Positions 29,464 through 40,731 of a DNA stretch of 64,000 nucleotides are shown piece after piece. Both the position numbers and the translations under genes were made by a program. The DNA comes from an uncultured delta proteobacterium. GTDB lineage: Bacteria; Desulfobacterota; BSN033; UBA1163. The first letter of the stretch is position 1; each line of letters opens with the position of its first letter. The stretch spans positions 96,001 through 160,000 of the forward strand of contig CAWHBU010000006.1 in assembly GCA_963827685.1 (NCBI GenBank), written 5' to 3'. The notes beneath the pieces were generated by a model. That model had not been told where the DNA came from. It made no database searches and saw only the letters and a program-made list of their open reading frames with translations.

Positions 29464-30681
29464 ATGGTAAGGAAAAATCGAGGAGTTAGCTTTTGTCATG
29501 TGAGCGTACTCATAGTCATGGTCTTTGGGCCAACGCTTCTCCTTCTGCCCGGTTGCAAGAAAGGACAAGGGCCAGAGGCATCCCCTCTACCCACCGTTGA
29601 AGTTGTGGATGTCATCAAGAAGGATGTCCCTGTATATTCGGAATGGATCGCGTCAACGGACGGCCTTGTTAATGCGACAATTCGTGCACAGATCCAAGGC
29701 TACCTGATCAAGCAGAACTACAAGGAAGGAGATTTGGTCAAGAAAGGACAGATCCTCTTCGAGATTGACCCGCGACCCTTCGAAGCAGTGCTGGAACAGG
29801 CCAAAGGGCAACTCGCACAACAGCAAGCAACTTGGGAAACCGCCAAGGCTAACCTGGAGCGGATCAAGCCTCTGGCAGAGCAGAAAGCCGTAAGCATGAA
29901 AGACCTCGATGACGCCACCGGCGCCGAACAGGCAACGCGCGCGGCAGTGATCGCAGCACGTGCGGTAGTCGATAAGGCCCAGGTTGACCTCGGTTTCACC
30001 AAAATTACCTCTCCCATTAATGGCATCGCCGGTATTGCTAAGGCGCAGATTGGTAACCTTGTCGGTCCTGGATCCATAGAGGAACTGACAACCGTTTCAA
30101 CCGTTGACCCTATCAAAGTATACATTCCGATGAGCGAGCAAGAGTATCTGAGGGTTATGCAGAATGGTCGAGGGCATACCCAGCGGATGATGCCCCTCGA
30201 TTTGATTCTTGCTGACGGGAGCGTCCATCCACACAAAGGGGTGCTTGCCTTTGCGGATCGCCAGGTGGATGTGAGGACCGGTACGATCAAGGTCGCCGCC
30301 CTCTTCCCCAATCCTGGAAACGTCCTCCGGCCTGGACAATTCGCCAGGGTTCGTGCGCGGACCATGACCAAGAAAGGGGCTCTTCTGGTTCCACAGCGGG
30401 CGGTCACCGAACTACAGGGAAGCTACCAGGTGGCAGTGGTGGATCCTGACAACAAAGTGGATATACGACCGGTAAAGGTGGCCGACCGTGTCGATAACCT
30501 CTGGGTCATTGACGAGGGGTTGAAGCCGGGTGAGCGTGTCGTAGCAGAAGGTATCCAGAAAATCAACCAGGGCATGGACGTAAATCCGAAGCCCTACGGT
30601 GCCCAGCCCCAGGCCACGATAGAGGCACCTGCGATGTCTAAGGCAAAACCCGCAGCCCAAGCCGAGACTACGAAGAGGTAA
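29464..30681 (+). CDS. RND efflux periplasmic adaptor
   Basis: Lipobox-like LPGC, IRAQI.G, EG..VKKGQ.LF.IDP, I.SPI.G, LRPGQF; start approximate. Confidence 0.9.
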   Translation: MVRKNRGVSFCHVSVLIVMVFGPTLLLLPGCKKGQGPEASPLPTVEVVDVIKKDVPVYSEWIASTDGLVNATIRAQIQGYLIKQNYKEGDLVKKGQILFEIDPRPFEAVLEQAKGQLAQQQATWETAKANLERIKPLAEQKAVSMKDLDDATGAEQATRAAVIAARAVVDKAQVDLGFTKITSPINGIAGIAKAQIGNLVGPGSIEELTTVSTVDPIKVYIPMSEQEYLRVMQNGRGHTQRMMPLDLILADGSVHPHKGVLAFADRQVDVRTGTIKVAALFPNPGNVLRPGQFARVRARTMTKKGALLVPQRAVTELQGSYQVAVVDPDNKVDIRPVKVADRVDNLWVIDEGLKPGERVVAEGIQKINQGMDVNPKPYGAQPQATIEAPAMSKAKPAAQAETTKR

Positions 30682-30687
30682 GCCGGT

Positions 30688-33600
30688 ATGTCAAAGTTCT
30701 TTATCAACCGTCCCATCGTGGCGATGGTCATCTCCATTTTCTTTGTCCTCTTAGGACTCATTGCGATGGTGGGGTTGCCCGTGGCTCAATTCCCGGAGAT
30801 CGTCCCTCCGGAGATCCAGATCTTAACTACCTATACGGGTGCCGATGCAGAAACCGTAGAACAATCGGTTGCCACACCCCTCGAGGAGCAGATCAGTGGC
30901 GTCGACAATATGAACTACATGTATTCCGTGAATGCGAGCAACGGCACGATGAGGATGTTCGTCAACTTCGATGTCAAGACTGACCCAAACACGGATCTGC
31001 TTTTCACCCAGATGCGCCAGAACCAAGCCCAAGCCCAGCTTCCACTCGATGTGCGCAATTATGGCGTGACGATGCAAAAAGCGAGATCGTCACCGCTTAT
31101 GCTCATTGGCCTTTACTCCCCAAAGGGAACGTATGACGGAACGTTTATGGCGAACTATGCCAATATCAACCTCCTCGATCCCCTCGTCCGCGTGCCCGGC
31201 ATCGCTATGGTCAACATCTTTGGCGCGGGGCAGTATGCGATACGCATCTGGGTTAAGCCCGACACCCTTGGGAAGCTCGGGATTACCGTTCCTGATATTG
31301 TGAACGCCGTCCAGAAGCAGAATACGGTCAACCCGGCCGGACAGATTGGGAGCGAGCCTGTCCCCCCAGGGCAAGAATTCACCTATACGGTTCGCACCCA
31401 GGGTCGCCTCATCTCTGCGGAGGACTTCGGCGCCATCGTTCTCCGCGCCAACCCGGATGGATCGATCGTTCGGTTGAAGGACGTAGCTCAAATCGAACTG
31501 GGGGGCCAGACTTACAACCTCTGGAGTCGGATAGATGGCAAACCCGCCGCCGTCATGGCAGTCTACCAATTGCCGGGCACAAATGCCATTGCCACAGTCC
31601 AGGGTGCCAGGAAGGTGTTGGACGAGGCCCGGAAACGGTTCCCTACAGACCTCGATTATACAGTTGCCCTTGACACAACACGATCCATTAAGGAAGGAAT
31701 CAGCGAGATCGTCAAAACGCTTTTTGCAGCACTGGCTCTGGTCATCCTCGTGGTCTTCGTCTTCCTTCAGGGATGGAGGGCAACCCTTATTCCAGCCCTA
31801 GCTGTTCCGGTCTCGCTTATCGGCACCTTTGCCGTCTTTCCCATGCTGGGGTTCTCGATCAACACCTTGTCGCTTTTTGGTCTTGTGCTGGCCATCGGAC
31901 TGGTCGTGGATGACGCCATCGTCGTCGTGGAGGCGGTGGAACGCCATATAGAGGAAGGCTTGTCTCCTAAGGAAGCGTCGCTCAAGGCCATGCAAGAGGT
32001 TTCGGGGCCGGTCACGGCCATTGCCCTGATCCTCGCGGCGGTCTTCATCCCTACGGTCTTTATACCAGGTATCACAGGCAGGCTCTATCAGCAGTTTGCA
32101 GTGACCATCGCCATCTCGGTTCTCATCTCAGCCTTCAACGCCCTGACCCTCAGTCCGGCCCTCTGCGCCCTCCTCCTCAAGCCAAGGAAAGAGACGCGGG
32201 GTCCTCTGGGCGCTTTTTTCAAGTCTTTTAACCGGATCTTCGGCCGGGCCTCCAAGGGCTATGTGAGCGTGTGTGGAAGTTTGATCCGGAAGAGTGGCCT
32301 CAGTCTTCTCTTTCTTGTCGGGATAGCGATCCTTGCCGGTCTTCTTGGCAAGGGGATTCCCATGGGATTCTTGCCGGAAGAAGACCAAGGATACTTGTTC
32401 ATCAACGTGGCCCTGCCCGATGCAGCATCGCTTCAGCGCACGGACGAGACGTGCAAAAAAGTTGAGGAGATTCTCAAGAACACCCCGGGCATCGAACACT
32501 ATCAGACGGTCACGGGTCTTAGCTTGATGAGTATTGCTCAGAATACCTATAGCGGCTTTTTCTTTGTAACATTGAAAGAGTGGAAGGAGCGAAAAAAGCC
32601 GGAGGAGCAATACGACGCCATCATGGCGCACCTGAACAATGAACTCAGCAAACTGCCTCAGGCCGTGGCTTTTGCCTTTCCTCCTCCGGCCATCCAAGGC
32701 ATCGGACTGGCTGGGGGAGCAACGCTGGTTCTCGAGGATCGGGCAGGTAAACCAATCACTTTCCTGGCAGGGAACGTTAACAAGTTCGTCGAGGCCGCTC
32801 GCAAGAGACCTGAACTCGCCAGAGTGACGACAACCCTTCTGCCAGGTGTGCCTCAGCTCTTCGTGAAGGTGGACCGAGACAAGGTGCTCAAACAGGGCGT
32901 TGACCTGGCTCAGGTCTACCAGACCCTTCAAACCTTCATGGGCGGCTACTTTATCAACTACTTTAACCGATTTGGTCGTCAGTGGCAGGTCTATGTCCAG
33001 GCAGAAGGAAAATACCGCACCAGGGCGGAAAATGTAGGGCAGTTCTACGTGCTCAACGACAGGGGCGATCCCGTGCCGCTTTCGGCCGTGACAGCAATAG
33101 AGTCCCGCCCCGGTCCTGAATTCACGATGCACTACAACCTGTACCGTTCGGCCCAGATCAATGTCATGGGCAGGCCCGGCTTCAGTTCAGGCCAGGTGAT
33201 GAAGGCGCTCGAAGAAGTCTTCCGTCAGACGATGCCGGCCGAGATGGGGCTCGACTACATCGGCATGAGCTTCCAGGAAAAGAAGGCGCAGGAAGGTATC
33301 CCGGCATCAGCCATCTTCGGATTTTCGCTGCTGTGTGTCTTTCTGATCCTTGCGGCGCAGTATGAGAGCTGGTCCCTGCCGTTCAGTGTTCTCCTTGGAA
33401 CCCCTGTTGCTGTCTTTGGTGCCTTCGCCGCAATATGGCTTCGTGGCCAGGTGAACAATGTTTATGCTCAGATCGGTCTCATCGTCCTCATCGGTCTTGG
33501 TGCGAAGAATGCCATCCTTATTGTCGAGTTCGCAAAGAAGAGACATGAACAGGGAAAATCCCTTACCGATGCCGCCCTTGAGGGAGCCCAGCTGCGTCTC

Positions 33601-33843
33601 AGGCCGATTCTAATGACCTCCTTCGCCTTCCTCCTCGGCGTGCTCCCACTTGCCTTTTCCAGGGGTGCGGGTGCAGTGGCACGCCAGATCATGGGCACCG
33701 CGGTCATGGGTGGCACGACGGCTGCATCGGTAATCGCTATATTCCTCATCCCCGTGACATTTTACGTCGTCGCAAAACTCTCCGGTCGCCGCAGGAAAGA
33801 GGGACCATTGAAAAAGAGAGGGAGGAGACCATGCGTAATATAA
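30688..33843 (+). CDS. HAE1-family RND efflux transporter
   Basis: [38 protein letters not shown]. Confidence 0.95.
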   Translation: MSKFFINRPIVAMVISIFFVLLGLIAMVGLPVAQFPEIVPPEIQILTTYTGADAETVEQSVATPLEEQISGVDNMNYMYSVNASNGTMRMFVNFDVKTDPNTDLLFTQMRQNQAQAQLPLDVRNYGVTMQKARSSPLMLIGLYSPKGTYDGTFMANYANINLLDPLVRVPGIAMVNIFGAGQYAIRIWVKPDTLGKLGITVPDIVNAVQKQNTVNPAGQIGSEPVPPGQEFTYTVRTQGRLISAEDFGAIVLRANPDGSIVRLKDVAQIELGGQTYNLWSRIDGKPAAVMAVYQLPGTNAIATVQGARKVLDEARKRFPTDLDYTVALDTTRSIKEGISEIVKTLFAALALVILVVFVFLQGWRATLIPALAVPVSLIGTFAVFPMLGFSINTLSLFGLVLAIGLVVDDAIVVVEAVERHIEEGLSPKEASLKAMQEVSGPVTAIALILAAVFIPTVFIPGITGRLYQQFAVTIAISVLISAFNALTLSPALCALLLKPRKETRGPLGAFFKSFNRIFGRASKGYVSVCGSLIRKSGLSLLFLVGIAILAGLLGKGIPMGFLPEEDQGYLFINVALPDAASLQRTDETCKKVEEILKNTPGIEHYQTVTGLSLMSIAQNTYSGFFFVTLKEWKERKKPEEQYDAIMAHLNNELSKLPQAVAFAFPPPAIQGIGLAGGATLVLEDRAGKPITFLAGNVNKFVEAARKRPELARVTTTLLPGVPQLFVKVDRDKVLKQGVDLAQVYQTLQTFMGGYFINYFNRFGRQWQVYVQAEGKYRTRAENVGQFYVLNDRGDPVPLSAVTAIESRPGPEFTMHYNLYRSAQINVMGRPGFSSGQVMKALEEVFRQTMPAEMGLDYIGMSFQEKKAQEGIPASAIFGFSLLCVFLILAAQYESWSLPFSVLLGTPVAVFGAFAAIWLRGQVNNVYAQIGLIVLIGLGAKNAILIVEFAKKRHEQGKSLTDAALEGAQLRLRPILMTSFAFLLGVLPLAFSRGAGAVARQIMGTAVMGGTTAASVIAIFLIPVTFYVVAKLSGRRRKEGPLKKRGRRPCVI

Positions 33844-35290
33844 TCACCTCCTCTCTGCTTGTCCTTACGCTTTTTGGATGCATGGTGGGCCCAAACTATC
33901 GACGCCGTGCAGGTTGAGACTCCACCGTCATGGCGCTTCGAGGAGAAAGAGGCCCGAGAGGTTGCCAATACGGCTTGGTGGAAACAGTTCGACGATCCAG
34001 TTCTGGACGAACTCATTCAGATAGCGTTGAAAGAGAACAAGGATGTCAAGATTGCTACAGCTAGGATTGAGGAATTTGCGGGTCGGTATCGCACAACCCG
34101 TGCATCACTTCTTCCACAGGTGGGTGCAGGTGCAGTTGCAGGCAGAAGCCGTGTTACGGAGAGGGGCCCAACTCCTCTCGATGGTACTATAGAATCCTGC
34201 GAATAGCTTTCAGATCTTCCTGAATGCCAACTGGGAAATAGACCTGTGGGGTAAGCTCAGGCGGGCAACAGAGGCGGCCCGTGCGGAGCTTCTGGGTACT
34301 GATGAGGGACGGAGAGCCGTCATCCTCACACTTGTTACCTCTGTGGCGAGCGCCTATGTCAATCTTCGCGACCTTGACATGCAACTCGAAATCGCAAGGC
34401 GAACGGCCAAAAGCCGTGAGGAATCTTACAATCTTTTTCAAATTCGGTTCCGAGGAGGCACGATTTCAGAGCTCGAACTGAACCAGGTCAAATCTGAGTA
34501 TGAGCAGGCCCTCTCTACGATCCCTCTTATTGAAAAAACCATCGCCCAGCAGGAAAATCTCCTGAGCGTGCTCCTCGGGCGAAATCCCGGTCCCATTCCA
34601 CAGGGAAAAATGATCGATGAGCTTGTCCTTCCAGCCATTCCTGCAGCCCTCCCATCCGACCTCCTCACAAACCGCCCTGACATCCGCCAGGCAGAACAAG
34701 ACCTCATTGCTGCGAATGCGAGGATAGGTGTGGCAAGATCTCAGTATTTTCCGTCGATTTCTCTGACTAGCTCGTTTGGCTATGCGAGCACGGACCTATC
34801 AAAGCTGTTTAGCGGGCCCGCAAAGGTGTGGAGCCTTGCTGCCCCTCTGACCGCCCCCATATTCACTGCCGGCGCTATTTCAGGACAGGTAAAATCAGCT
34901 AAGGCGGTTCAACAACAGGCTCTCCTACGGTATCAGCAAGTTATCCAGACGGCATTTCGCGAGGTCGAAGATGCCCTTATCGACCAGAAGAGATCAAGGG
35001 AACAGCTTGAGATTGAGGCCCAGCAGGTTATCACGTTGCGCAACTACGCACGCATTGCTCGATTACGATTTGACAGCGGATATACGAGTTATATTGAGGT
35101 ACTCGACGCAGAACGCAGCCTCTTCAACGCTGAGCTCTCCCACGCTCAAACGAAAGGGGTTCTCTTCCAGGCACTGGTGAACCTTTACAAGGCGATAGGA
35201 GGTGGCTGGGTGGTGGAAGCAGACCGTATGACAACCGGAACGGCAGATTCGAACATCTCCACCACCGGTTCTACGGCATTCCAAGAATGA
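33831..35290 (+). pseudogene. NodT/OprM outer-membrane factor with two frameshifts (~33912, ~34190)
   Basis: GCMVGPNY lipobox, WW..F.DP.L and WEIDLWG motifs lie in three different frames. Confidence 0.8.
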
Positions 35291-35469
35291 TCTCTGGATT
35301 GCCATCTGCCTCAAAATTAATATTCAGTACAAGTGCGAAATGGACCTTGATATTTTCCTTTTCCGGAACAGACATACTTAATAACCTTAGCCCACCAGTT
35401 GAGAGAGGTTTAGTCGGTACCATTTCAAATCGGGATTGCGGGGAATTAAAAAAGGGGGGTGATTCATCG

Positions 35470-35896
35470 ATGTTCAAGAAAATCTTATTTTGCACCGATT
35501 TTTCCGAGAATTCTGACCATGCCTTCTCGTATGCCTTTAATCTCACAAAAGCTTATAATGCAACGCTTTTAATTCTCCATGTCATCATTGAACCGGTTAG
35601 CTACTATTGGTCCACACCAAAAGGGGTGGATGAACTGATCACCAAGCAGACTGAGCGGGTGAAGCAGGAAATAAATACTCACTACCTGCAAAAGGTTGAA
35701 GGGTTCAAGAATTACGGGATTTTCACAAGAGAGACAGACGAGGGAAGAGTCTGCGGACCTTATTGTTATGGGAACCCATGGAAGGACAGGGATAGACCAT
35801 CTTATCTTAGGTAGCACCGCAGAGAACGTGGTCAGAAAATCGCCTTGCCCCGTATTGACGGTGCGACTCCCTGGAAAAAAATTCATAATGCCATAA
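35470..35896 (+). pseudogene. Universal stress protein with internal deletion/frameshift (~35740)
   Basis: FKKILFCTDFS in one frame; [13 protein letters not shown]...LGSTAE.VVR.SPCPVL in another. Confidence 0.85.
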
Positions 35897-36282
35897 GAAT
35901 CGGATCTCATTTAAGAATGATGAAGCCTTTGTGTTACTCTCGAAGAACCTACACCTCAGCTTTGGTTCCTGAGCTTTTCATTCGCTGATTCGAATGTGAA
36001 AATATCTTGCCAAGATGTTTCCCCTCCAAAGGGCTTCGATATGAAAAACAGACCAAAGCCCAGGATTCGCCCCGTTGATTACCATTTGGAATGTTGCATT
36101 GAGGCGAGATTTTGGAAAATAGCGAGTACAGGAAGAATTCTTCAAATGGATTCCCTTCCAACGAACCCTCAACCTATCCTACCGAATGAAGGGTAGGTAG
36201 GGGAGGACAAGGCAGGGAAACAAAAGGGTAATGGATTAGGAGAGGGGGGTACAGGAGGCCACTCCTTTTTCTTTAAGTGATT

Positions 36283-36387
36283 TTTTGTTACCCAAATCAT
36301 GGGAGGTTTGATGTCCAAAAACCCCTTTGATTATCGCTCATTCGATCACCATTTGGGTAACAAAAGGTACAGAAATATTACCCAAAT
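36283..36387. promoter_or_regulatory. TTACCCAAAT repeats upstream of RHH/recombinase pair (putative recombination or binding site)
   Basis: 15-bp perfect inverted repeat 36283-36297/36351-36365 plus third core at 36378. Confidence 0.6.
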
Positions 36388-36545
36388 CGGGCCACCGGAG
36401 TATATTGGGGAGGGAAGATGATAACAGTAGAGCAGTAGAGTAGAAAGCTGGAGTCGTGGCCGAGAGCTTCATCTCCAATAGTGACAAATTGATTGGAAAA
36501 GAATTTTCTTGACAATCCTATCTATGTATGTATAATATACAGACT

Positions 36546-36710
36546 ATGAAGCGGGTAAATTACCATCTTACTGAAGCAGAGATCACGAGACTTCAGGCAT
36601 TGTCCAATAAAACGGGGCTATCGGTTGCCGAGATTATTCGCCGGGCGGTCGATGAATATTTGGACAGGAAAGAAAGAAAAAACGTGAAGAAGGAGGAGAA
36701 AAAGAAGTGA
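36546..36710 (+). CDS. CopG/ribbon-helix-helix protein, near-leaderless
   Basis: MKRVNYHL...L..LS..TGLSVAEIIRRAVDEYL; TTGACA-16-TATAAT at 36509-36536. Confidence 0.85.
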   Translation: MKRVNYHLTEAEITRLQALSNKTGLSVAEIIRRAVDEYLDRKERKNVKKEEKKK

Positions 36711-36833
36711 GTGAGCCTTCATCCCAAAGCCGTGAGATCTGACCTCATGGCTGGAAGGAACGGGATGATGCCCACTCAAAAATAAATCTACCATCAAAAC
36801 TCCAATCATTCAACCAGGAAGGAGGTTGGACCC

Positions 36834-37430
36834 ATGAAGAAGAAAGAGACCGAATTTCTCATCGAAGAAGAGGCTCAGGCAATCTTACGAGTTCCAGACC
36901 GGAGAACCCTCCAGGGCAAACGTGATTACGCCATCCTGCTTACCCTCCTTACGACCGGCTTACGAAAGGCCGAAATTTGTAGCCTGAAGGTCGAGGATCT
37001 TAAAACCTACCGGAACCAGGCTGTCATTGATGTTATCGGCAAGGGGAAGAGATTCCGACGCATCCCTTTGAAGGCTGAGACGCTACTCGCCGTAAAGGAC
37101 TATCACAAGGCTACCGGGAACGGGGCAGATCCGGGACATCCCCTCTTCCAGACGTTGGGAAAGCATGGTCCCTACGACAAAAAGGGCTTGACGCCAAAGG
37201 CCGTTGACTGCCTCATCAAGTTGACGGCAAAGAGGGCTCTGATCCAAAAGAGAATCCATCCTCACGTAATGCGGCATACCTTTGCCACGACCCTCCTGGA
37301 TAATGGGAATGACCTTAGAACCGTTCAGGCTTTGATGGGGCATTCACACATTCGCACTACAGAGAGGTATCTGCACAGCACAGATGATAGGAATGTGGAG
37401 GCGATAGAGAGCCTTCAGTTTGGCGTTTGA
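36834..37430 (+). CDS. Small XerC-like tyrosine recombinase (catalytic domain only)
   Basis: RD.AI..LL.TGLR..E, GKG, HPHVMRHTFAT, MGHS...TERY; 198 aa; no IntI-specific insertion. Confidence 0.92.
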   Translation: MKKKETEFLIEEEAQAILRVPDRRTLQGKRDYAILLTLLTTGLRKAEICSLKVEDLKTYRNQAVIDVIGKGKRFRRIPLKAETLLAVKDYHKATGNGADPGHPLFQTLGKHGPYDKKGLTPKAVDCLIKLTAKRALIQKRIHPHVMRHTFATTLLDNGNDLRTVQALMGHSHIRTTERYLHSTDDRNVEAIESLQFGV

Positions 37431-37664
37431 CAACGCCTCTATTGGAGGCAGCTCATCTTTCAATCCGGTGAGATTGAAATTCTTGGGTGTCCAGAGCTAA
37501 AGGTTCCGAGGCGGGGGAGTCCGTGGTCCGAGATCCTTCACAAGGAGTACCTCCTGAAATCCTCAACCTTGAACCGACCTCGTTTATACAATCTTTCAAG
37601 AGGAAAGTGAGAAGTCGATAATGATTCGCTTTATGGATAGAATGGTGAGAAGCCCGAATTGTCA

Positions 37665-37720
37665 TTGACAGAAAGTGCTTTTGCGGATAAAGTTTCAAAA
37701 ATTACTGCTTGCAGTATAAT
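37665..37720 (+). promoter_or_regulatory. Promoter(s) directly upstream of cassette junction
   Basis: TTGACA-17-TAAAGT (37665-37693) and second TATAAT at 37715. Confidence 0.65.
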
Positions 37721-37747
37721 TATTGTTATACGAGGAGAATACTGACC

Positions 37748-38879
37748 GTGCCATCTAAAGAATGTGCATTATGTGATTTGCCTATTACAAACAAGAATGA
37801 TTCCAAAGAGCACTTGATCCCCAACGCAATCGGAGGCAGGAAAAGAATTGCTGGATTCATCTGTACAACCTGCAATAGTAAAAGTGGTGAGGACTGGGAT
37901 GCCGAATTAGCAAGCCAATTGAACCCATTGAGCTTGTTTTTTGGCATAAGCCGAGAAAGGGGGGTGGTACCTTCACAGGTCATAGAGACAACCGGCGGTG
38001 GCAAAGTTCAGTTGAACCCCGATGGTCGGATGGGATTAGCAAAGCCAACGTACGAACAGGCTCCACACGACTCCGGTATCAAAATAAGTATCAATGCGAG
38101 ATCGACCAAAGAAGCCAAAAAGATGCTCGCAGGGCTGAAGCGGAAGTTCCCACAGATAGATCTCGAGAAAATTCTGGCTGATGTAAAAGCGCAGTCACAC
38201 TACCCAGACGACATGATCAAGTTCGCCCTGTCCCTTGGCGGCCATAAGGCAGGCAGATCAATAGTAAAAACGTGTTTGGCATTAGCGGTTGAGTCTGGCG
38301 TAAATCCCAAGTCCTGCGAAGCGGCAAGAGGCTATTTGACCAAATCAGACGGCGAGGCCATGTTTCGGTTATTATTATGAACGGGACTTGGTTGTAAACC
38401 GTCCGGAAGGGGTTGTTTTCCACTGTGTGGCAGTCTCGGGGAATCCAGACACCAAGCAATTACTTGGATATGTGGAATACTATAGTGTTTGGAGGATGGT
38501 TGTTTGTTTATCAAACCAGTATGAGGGCGATAGTTTTTCCCGAACCTACGCTCTTGATCCCATCTCTGGCAAAGAGATTGATATAGAAGTTCAGCTTTCT
38601 CTCAGCCAGAAGGATATTGCAGCATCTTATCGTTACGAGAGAATCCCCGATGGGTCTATTGTGAACGCCTTCGATAAAGTAATTCCTATCGGCATGGAAC
38701 GGCGGTACCAAAGCGAAAAGGATCGAATCATAGAAGAAGCCGTGCAATACGCGTCCAAGAACTGTGGAGCCCAAGAAGGTCAAATAATGACAGAGGAACA
38801 AAAAAGAAAGTACGTGGAACTCCTTATTGAAAAAGTTACACCTTTTATTGCGCATCTACTGAGAAAGCCGAAAATATGA
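37748..38879 (+). pseudogene. HNH endonuclease-domain protein, frameshift at ~38357
   Basis: C..C...SKEHLIPNAIGG...C..CNS..G...D; removing one G joins ORFs 37709-38380 and 38388-38879. Confidence 0.75.
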
Positions 38880-38894
38880 GAAGTATGCGATTTC

Positions 38895-38957
38895 GTATAA
38901 CAAGTGCGTGCACCTGATCGCCGAAACTGCCGGCTCCGGGCGACGCTCGTGTTATGC
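38895..38957 (+). other. attC site (63 bp)
   Basis: R'' GTATAAC, L'' GCGT(G)CACC with extra base, L' GGCGACGC, R' GTTATGC. Confidence 0.8.
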
Positions 38958-39018
38958 TCACTTTCAATCCGTAATCTTCGATTCTTGAATATAGTCCCCA
39001 GTAATGACTTGTAGTCAA

Positions 39019-40212
39019 CTATACTTCGACCACCTCCTTCTGAAAGTAAGATTTAGTTGTTAGCATGGCAAAAAGGACCCTCAGCAATTTATGAGCCGTG
39101 GCAAGAATTGCTTTTTTAGGCGGTAATCCTTCTGCCTTCCTTTTAAGAAAATATTGCCTGAAAATATTATTGCTCCTTACCACACAAGTGGTCATAAGGA
39201 AAATCACTCGTCTTAGGTGACGATTTCCTCTCTTGGATATTCTGCTGATTCCCTCATATTGACCTGACTGGTGAATGGAGGGATCAAGCCCTGCAAAAGC
39301 AATCACATGCTTGTGGGATTTGAAATGGTTCATCTCTCCCAACTCCGCTAAAAAAGTAGAACCGTTAATCTGCTTGATCCCATCGATGGAGGTGATAATC
39401 TCGAGATCCTCCACTCTCATCGACTGGCAGGTCTTCACCAATACCCCTGTGATCTTTTTCCTCTTCTCTTCGAGATAAAGAAGGGTGGAAATCTTCTCTG
39501 AGAGGATTAGTTCCTTGGCTGCACTGTCAGTGGCCACAGAGGCCTTGGCCATTTGAATAATCTCTTCGGCACTGATCAATACTCGTTTCCTTTTCCCTTC
39601 GACATGGATCAGGGCCTTGGCAATCTCTTTGGGCTTTGCCGCTGTTAGGGTCCTGGCCGAAGGAAACTTGATCAGAACGTGGAGCATCGTCTCCGTAAAG
39701 ATCTTACACCGATGCTCCAGCTCCGGAAAAGTCATCTTGAGGAGCCTCCGGATGTCATTCTTTAACCCCGAGATCATCACCGTCAGAGATTCTCGCTCTC
39801 TGGCCAGGTCCTTGAGATCCTGACTATTCTGTGAAAACGCGACCTTGGAAAGGGAATCTTTGTGAGCCAAAAGGAACTGAGCAATGGTAAGAGCATCCTT
39901 CTTATCCGTCTTGGTCTTCCTTAAAGATAACCTGGCAAAATTGCTAATCAGCAGAGGGTTGATCACCACACAGGGAATCCCTTCCGAAGAAAGAAAGGAA
40001 AATAGATTGATGTGGTAACAACCCGTGGATTCCATCGCCACGGTAACCTCTGAAAGATTCCCACAATGGGCCTTCACCCTGTCCAGAAACCGAGAAAATC
40101 CCTCTCCATCCATTGAAAACTCAAGATAAAAGAGTTTCTTCCCTTCACGATCTAACCCTTGAGCTGAAGCATAATCCTTAGAAACGTCAATCCCAACGAA
40201 AAGTGTCGACAC
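39019..40212 (-). CDS. IS110-family transposase/recombinase
   Basis: VGIDVSK, MESTG, KTDKKDA (DEDD); GLDP...QSG, SKRGN..LR. Confidence 0.96.
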   Translation of the reverse strand: MSTLFVGIDVSKDYASAQGLDREGKKLFYLEFSMDGEGFSRFLDRVKAHCGNLSEVTVAMESTGCYHINLFSFLSSEGIPCVVINPLLISNFARLSLRKTKTDKKDALTIAQFLLAHKDSLSKVAFSQNSQDLKDLARERESLTVMISGLKNDIRRLLKMTFPELEHRCKIFTETMLHVLIKFPSARTLTAAKPKEIAKALIHVEGKRKRVLISAEEIIQMAKASVATDSAAKELILSEKISTLLYLEEKRKKITGVLVKTCQSMRVEDLEIITSIDGIKQINGSTFLAELGEMNHFKSHKHVIAFAGLDPSIHQSGQYEGISRISKRGNRHLRRVIFLMTTCVVRSNNIFRQYFLKRKAEGLPPKKAILATAHKLLRVLFAMLTTKSYFQKEVVEV

Positions 40213-40244
40213 TGTTACACCTCCTTTTTAAATTGTTAGAGAAT

Positions 40245-40430
40245 AGGCAGGATGAGCCTCCCCACCAAACCTCCATCATAACAAGGGTTCTTTAGACCCA
40301 ACCAACCTATCAGGGTTTGGGGAGGCAGGGGACACACTACAAAAAGGATTCAATGACCCAGGTGAAAATCAAGTCCTCCTGCCCCTTCCTCTTGAATGGC
40401 TTTACCCATTCATTATGTCATGCCCTTATA
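40245..40430 (-). ncRNA. Putative IS110 bridge RNA
   Basis: Two stem/internal-loop/hairpin modules (40324-40383, 40256-40326) plus 5' hairpin; loop bases match flank and element-end sequence. Confidence 0.65.
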
Positions 40431-40731
40431 ACATACTTGATGAGTAGGAGGTGAAGTCCTCAAAAAAGGAAAGTCTACATTCAATTATCAAAGAGCCACC
40501 GACAGTACCCGGAGGGACACTGCCTGGTTATGTCCCCCAGGAAAAGCAGGTTCTAAGGCCGTCATTCTTTTCGGTCAAGGTTCTTTCAACAAATGATAGA
40601 CCCTGAAGCCATTTTACTCCCATTAAACCGGTTTCCAGTTCATCCCTGCTTCGACGAAAAGGCCGGTACTTCATGAGTTGGTTGGTCTTCGTATGTAACC
40701 CGTCCATCTCGACCGGTGATCTTCTGAATGA

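Larger units (their letters stand above)
37725..38957 (+). mobile_element. Integron-type gene cassette
   Basis: Begins with GTTATAC (37725), the exact complement of attC R'' GTATAAC (38895); one gene with RBS immediately after the junction. Confidence 0.8.
39015..40491 (-). mobile_element. IS110-family element
   Basis: TCAA at both inferred ends (39015-39018, 40488-40491), no terminal inverted repeats, long structured upstream non-coding end. Confidence 0.8.

Noticed and set aside
36834-37430. Integron integrase IntI
   Set aside because: Too short, lacks the IntI-specific insertion, and is co-oriented with the cassette
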